Assembly (NCBI GenBank): GCA_002269645.1
Contig: NIVC01000031.1
Coordinates: forward strand, 1,302,001 to 1,366,000
DNA: 64,000 nt
Source: Macrostomum lignano
Taxonomy: Eukaryota
Direction: 5' to 3'
In this document: piece by piece, positions 50,419 to 64,000 of the stretch
How the letters are laid out: every line of letters starts with the position of its first letter
Position numbering within the stretch: the first letter of the stretch is position 1
Notes under the pieces: model-generated
The model's input: only the letters and a program-made list of their open reading frames with translations
What the model was told of the DNA's origin: nothing
The model's database searches: none
Position numbers and translations under genes: made by a program

Positions 50419-50852
50419 GTGGAAAGACGTACCTATAGTTTATCTATAGTCAATTGAAACTTTGCATGTCACTCATGTTTTCTGACTTTGATGAAGAGGA
50501 CGACACCTTCTGTGATTCTCTAGCCAGCCGCTTTATTCCAGCTTCTATAGCAAATGTACAAGTAGAACACAATTAACCAACACTCGTAAGTGCTGCCACA
50601 CATCTCTATTTGAGCTGTAAACATATCCCCGATTCCAACCAGTTTAGAGTTGCCATGGTTACCAGACGGCTGTTGACTCGAAACATGTTTCATTCGAAAA
50701 ACACTTTGTTAAAACAAATATTACCGTTGATAAATTGATAAGGAATCAATAACTAACTTATTTTTTAATTATATTTTAACCTTCTATAGCTTCGCGCTAC
50801 ATGAAACTCATGCATGTACAATAGGTGTACATGATGCGACAGCGCCCACTGC

Positions 50853-59215
<8,363 letters not shown>

Positions 59216-59619
59216 AGTTGGCCGTGGTGGATTTTTATATATGTTCTGCTTCAGAAAATATTTTAAAGCTCTTTTTTCGTTTCCTATCTATTGTTAATAC
59301 AGCTACTTTTAGGCCATATTTATACAAAGATGGGGGGGGACAGAACAACCTTTGCGTGCCGTATCATACGATAGCTGAAAATTTGTTATAAAAAACGCTG
59401 GCATTCTACCGATCAATGTGCTCGCAGGTGTGACACTTCCCACTGCAAGCAGACTCTCTGTACTTCTTTTTTTATCGTCAAGTGCATAACACAGCTGAAT
59501 GAATTAACCGCACAAGCACAACACCCTGGTTATCAAACTGATCGTGGCAAAGTTGCTTTTGTGCTATTTTAAACAAACTTTACAAAAAAAATTTAACTAA
59601 ATCATGCGCCACGTCGTGT

Positions 59620-60810
59620 GTCACGTACATGTAGCAATCGGAATTATACGGTATGCAACCAACGGCACACGGCGGTCTTGCTACTCGAATTTTACGATTT
59701 CGCTCGATCACGTGCTGGTCCCCAACTCGCGTCATTGGCGCCCCAATTACCTCAGGCATGCGCGACTCAACATCGTCAGGATCAACCGACGATGCGGCCG
59801 TCCCGACCCTGACTGGACGCAAAAACAGACGGGCGACTCCGGTTTCAGCCCTGCAGCTCCGCTATGTGGCTCCCCACATCTCAAGCGTGATGAACCGCGT
59901 GCCTTCCTGGCACCGCTGCATCAACCGACCGACTGGAACACTGCAGCATTGTGCCGCGATCCCGAAGAAGGCTGGGCCAGAACAATGAGGGAAGAATTGA
60001 CCGCAAGGGATCTCGCTGATGTCCTGCAACACAAAGCTCTCCGTCTGTAGTCGATGTTGGACGTTGACTGTACGAGTCCGAACTTCCGTTACGAGCAGAA
60101 CGGGTACGTTCTGGGCCGCATATATTTACAATTGCACGCATCTGCCAGTCGACGCTAATCACTATCATCGTTGAATTCCAAGCAGCATTCTACTCGGTGT
60201 CGAGAGCCGCACTTCCACTAGCTCTCCTGGGCTTATCGGGTCCACAGCAAGGTGATCGACGCCATCATACATGTCGACGTTTTACCACGATACCTTTTTG
60301 GCCCCTCGTCTGGTGTTCTGCGGGGCGAAACGCTGGCACCCTTTCTCTTTGTGCTCCTGCAGGACTGGCACCCCCTCGGCTGAAGATGACTTCGAGCTGC
60401 GCAAGCGCATTTTTGGCCGCTACGTAGAGAAGCGCCTCAGCATGCTTGACTCAAGGTCGACTAAAGTACATGTAATCCACTATCTGACTATACAGATGAG
60501 TCGAACTCACCCTCCTGATATCAGTAGTTGCAGATCGACAGTCTGATCGAAGTATAGTAGCTTCTAGAGTCGGCCTTGTGGTTAACACGACACTGATCAA
60601 GGTGTGGCAGGGGCTCGGCTCTGGCAGAGATTGTATGCAATTTAGTTCGTTAGTCGAGATCGTCCTGCTGTACCAGTACAACACGGGGACATTTAAATGC
60701 TTACGGCCACACTGGAGCGGCAGCTGGACTCGGTGCAATCGCGGGTGCTTCGATTGTGCGACCTTTTGAGCTGCCGAGAGTATCGACGCGACCGAGGTCC
60801 AGACAGCGCA
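59620..60810 (+). mobile_element. Heavily decayed RTE-clade LINE
   Basis: Scattered motifs SLDHVLV, AIPKK, SGVLRGETLAPFLF (RT motif) and LERQLDS, in the same order as in RTE elements. Confidence 0.75.
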
Positions 60811-63630
60811 GGTGCAGCGCAGGCAGTGATTTTAATTGTTAGACCGACCAGCCGAGAGCTACACGTACATATTGCAGTATGCGTACTGCTATAGCCTCTA
60901 TAAGTTAAGACATTCTAGCCTCCTGCTCATCTTTCAGCAGGCGCATCGCGAACCCTTTGATACGTACATGTACATAATGTGGTGCCCTGCTACATACATG
61001 TAATTGCGATGCCGAGGCCCAGCTACATGTAGCCAAACAACACCGCTGGCGGGGTGGACTTCGCGCTGAGGCGCGCCAATTGAAGCACCCTTATTGCGCT
61101 TGGCTTTCTTTTGTGGGTCGCGTCTTTTTTGTTTTTTTAGGGGTTTGGACAGCATCACTTTCTTATTCTTGGACAGTCTTAGCTGTGGGTGTATAATTTT
61201 TACTGTATGACTTCTTTTTTATGGTAATTTTTATGAAGGATTTATGGTAATCATTTGCCGTGGACGTCAAAGGACTTTGGGAATTGAACATCTTGCCAAC
61301 CAAAGTTTGAGTCCCCCGAAGTTGGGTGTTTCTTTATAATTCTGGCTGGTATCATATTTAATTAGACAGTCACACATGTGCATATATAGTTTACGAGCAT
61401 TTAATATGCGTACAGACTATAAGTACGCTTTAATGTATAGTGTGTAGCTCAAGAATTCAGGTCACGACATCAACAAGCAGCAGTTCACTTGCCGAGTGGG
61501 TCTGCACCCAATAAATAGATTTGTGATACCGGAAATTGAAACCGCTGACTAGCGTCAATTACCTTTAAAGCAATAAAACGGAACTTAAATTGCAAAAATT
61601 ACCCAAGGAATGAAAATAAATATCGTAGAACTATCATAATCTTAGGTTGAAATAGTGGAATATTTGTTTTAACTAGAGTACTTTCTAGAAGATTCTATTA
61701 CGCGAAACCAGAAGACCTGCACTTTAAAACAGAACACCGCACAACATGCACACACCCGATCGTAGTGTTAGGGCCTATTTGTTTATTTTTTGCTTCCGTC
61801 TTGTACAGTGGCTTATATAAGTCTCGTTTTTAAGTTTTTTATTATATTAAACCTAATAAAGTATCATATTGAATAAAAATATTGTTTGTTGTTTTTGATC
61901 TTTGTTTCGTTTAACAGTCCTGCTATGAGTATGGCTATGTAGCCATATACTTGTAATTATTAAGCTTAATCAATATTCAATTTAATACACTTCATTATTA
62001 ACTGATATTGGCAAATATACCTCCATTATGCATTATTTAAATTAAAGTCTACACTTCAGCCTTCAGGTTAAAATTTAGATGTGAAACTTAGCATCAACCC
62101 TTAATAAAATTGTATAGGTTTATAGGCCTACCAGGACTAGTAGTAAGGATAATTGATTGAGTAAGATGCAATTATTTGTTTTTGTAAGTTATATTATACT
62201 ATGATATTGTTTAATAGGCCTATGTATATATTTAATGCTATAGTGTTGTGTTTTAGCTAATTATGTTTAGGGCTAGATTTAATCTTCTAAAAATATTTAA
62301 TTCAATAAAAATAAGTAGGCCTATATTAAAATATATATGAGACAGTGCCTGAATTAATAGCCTATTTTTATATGCACAAATAATACTCTATGTTTTCGTT
62401 ATGTTTTCTTAAAAATGCACGTAGTTGAACTTACACAAAAAGGGAAGTTATTATTACTTTTTTTAAATGTTGTTATTCCCAAAAATATTATCTTTTGTTT
62501 AAACTGTAACAAATTTCTAGTATAAATAGACACGCTGAGCTATGGCCAGGAAGGTGCAGCGTATGTGCCAGAATAACATCTATCAAAATTTTTGTTGTGC
62601 TCCATGTGCGCTGAGAAAAAAAAAATTATTTATGCGCCATGCGTCGAGAAAAATACACTTGAAAAAGCACCATCAAGTATTAATAAGTATCTAAATTGAA
62701 TCAATACCAATGGAAGTTCAAGCAGTTCAATCATGGCTTCTATTTGCAAAATATAAGCAAAAAAGTGCAACAAAAGCCGCGAAAGGCGCAAACTTGTTAA
62801 GTTAAAAGCTACAATTAATAAAATTTGAAATAGAAACAACATTGGAAATAACAACTATTGTATCGACTATCGTTTATCAATTGATTGATTGATTGATTGA
62901 CATTTAATATACGTTTTTTTATTATTCATTATTATATTGTCACGCACACTGACGTACCTTGTGCACTATGCGCCAAGCCATGCATTGATGCGCCAAGCCC
63001 ATGTGCGCAGCGCAGTGAAGTGTGCGCCGTGCGCCGGCAAATTGCTGATTTGTGCCGGAAAATTCCGAGGATTCTATCATCTTCTTGGCTATGGGCGCTA
63101 AGTAGGCTTGAAAAGTATACTGTTTGCTGCCTCTTGGTTTTTAATAAGCAAACTTAGTTTGTTCTAAATATTAAAATCGCTTAAAGACTTAATCATTTCT
63201 TAGAGTATAAGAACCTCAATTAAGAGTATCAGAAACCGCTAAAAGCAAGAATCACCTCAGGGCAATAATTGTAAAGTTGCCTCAAGGCAGGAGGACTGCT
63301 TTATAGCAAGAAAAGATCGCCTCAGGGTGGGGTAAACCGCATAAAGCTGTGACCCTCTGATCCTGGGAATGTCAGGACTGAGAGACTAAGAATTAGACAG
63401 TGCCAATAGACCGCTCAGGCTAAAAGTACAAAAGTAGATAAGTAGACACTACCAATAAAAGTACATGCGCTACCAGTGGAAAGGCAATTAATAGGGCCTA
63501 ACCAGTAGGATTGCTAAAGAGAAATAGGTCTATGACAACTTTGGTGGCAGCGAGTAAGGCTAAACAAAAGAATAATTAAGAGCACTAGGACATATATTAT
63601 ATATTATTAGCTTAGCTTTAATATGTATAT

Positions 63631-63845
63631 ATAACTTTGGCCAATCAGTTTTTACCTCTGTTAAAACCAATATTAAAGGTTAAAAAATTGTATGACCTTC
63701 ATATGCCAAGAAATCCCAATGTAGATATTGCCTTTTAAACTATGTAGGGTAAATAGGTCTAAGTCATCATATAGAATCATGCGTATGTCTATACACATTT
63801 TAACATTGGTTTTAATGTAAATAAAAACTGATTGGCCAAAGTTAT
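63631..63845. mobile_element. Small AT-rich MITE-like inverted repeat (~50-bp arms)
   Basis: ATAACTTTGGCCAATCAGTTTTTA...TTAAAACCAAT is mirrored by ATTGGTTTTAA...TAAAAACTGATTGGCCAAAGTTAT. Confidence 0.65.
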
Positions 63846-64000
63846 TTTTATCTTAATATAGCTTTATTATTGTAGTATATTCTGCACTTATTTTGCCCTT
63901 TCTCCTTTGTCTTTGTCTAGGTTAGTGGACTTGTTGAACTTTAGGTAGATAAAGTAATTTCAGTTTTGATAGGATTATAATTTTGTTTTTATAAGGTTTT

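Noticed and set aside
60934-61158. Lys-rich ORF with NLS-like stretch
   Set aside because: Low-complexity translation of a T-rich tract with no supporting exon structure.

Overview
This is eukaryotic (metazoan invertebrate) genomic DNA with spliced genes, GT-AG introns and very dense tandem repeats. The repeat style and GC-rich exons resemble a free-living flatworm such as Macrostomum, but this is an unverified inference. Most long ORFs in the supplied track are artefacts of tandem repeats, so genes were reconstructed by hand from splice sites and intron phases. The main result is a cluster of three divergent Rel-homology (NF-kB/Rel/NFAT family) sequences in the first 11 kb: one complete 8-exon, 419-aa gene (-, 10762-6947), one probably decayed convergent paralog (+, ~4787-6514) and one partial copy (+, 592-1246). 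About 9 kb upstream on the same strand as the intact copy lies a gene fusing ankyrin repeats to a STE-like kinase (-, 22616-19846). Other genes are an intronless, frameshifted M1 aminopeptidase (-, 39214-36831), a 7-exon bestrophin (-, 48170-43102) and a 7-exon astacin metalloprotease (-, 59215-50853). Mobile DNA includes two head-to-tail Helitron-like elements (23218-33347, 33348-36071) carrying homologous 23-bp satellite arrays, three RTE-clade LINE remnants, three tRNA-derived SINEs and several MITEs. All protein family assignments are by-eye motif comparisons from memory of reference proteins, not database searches.
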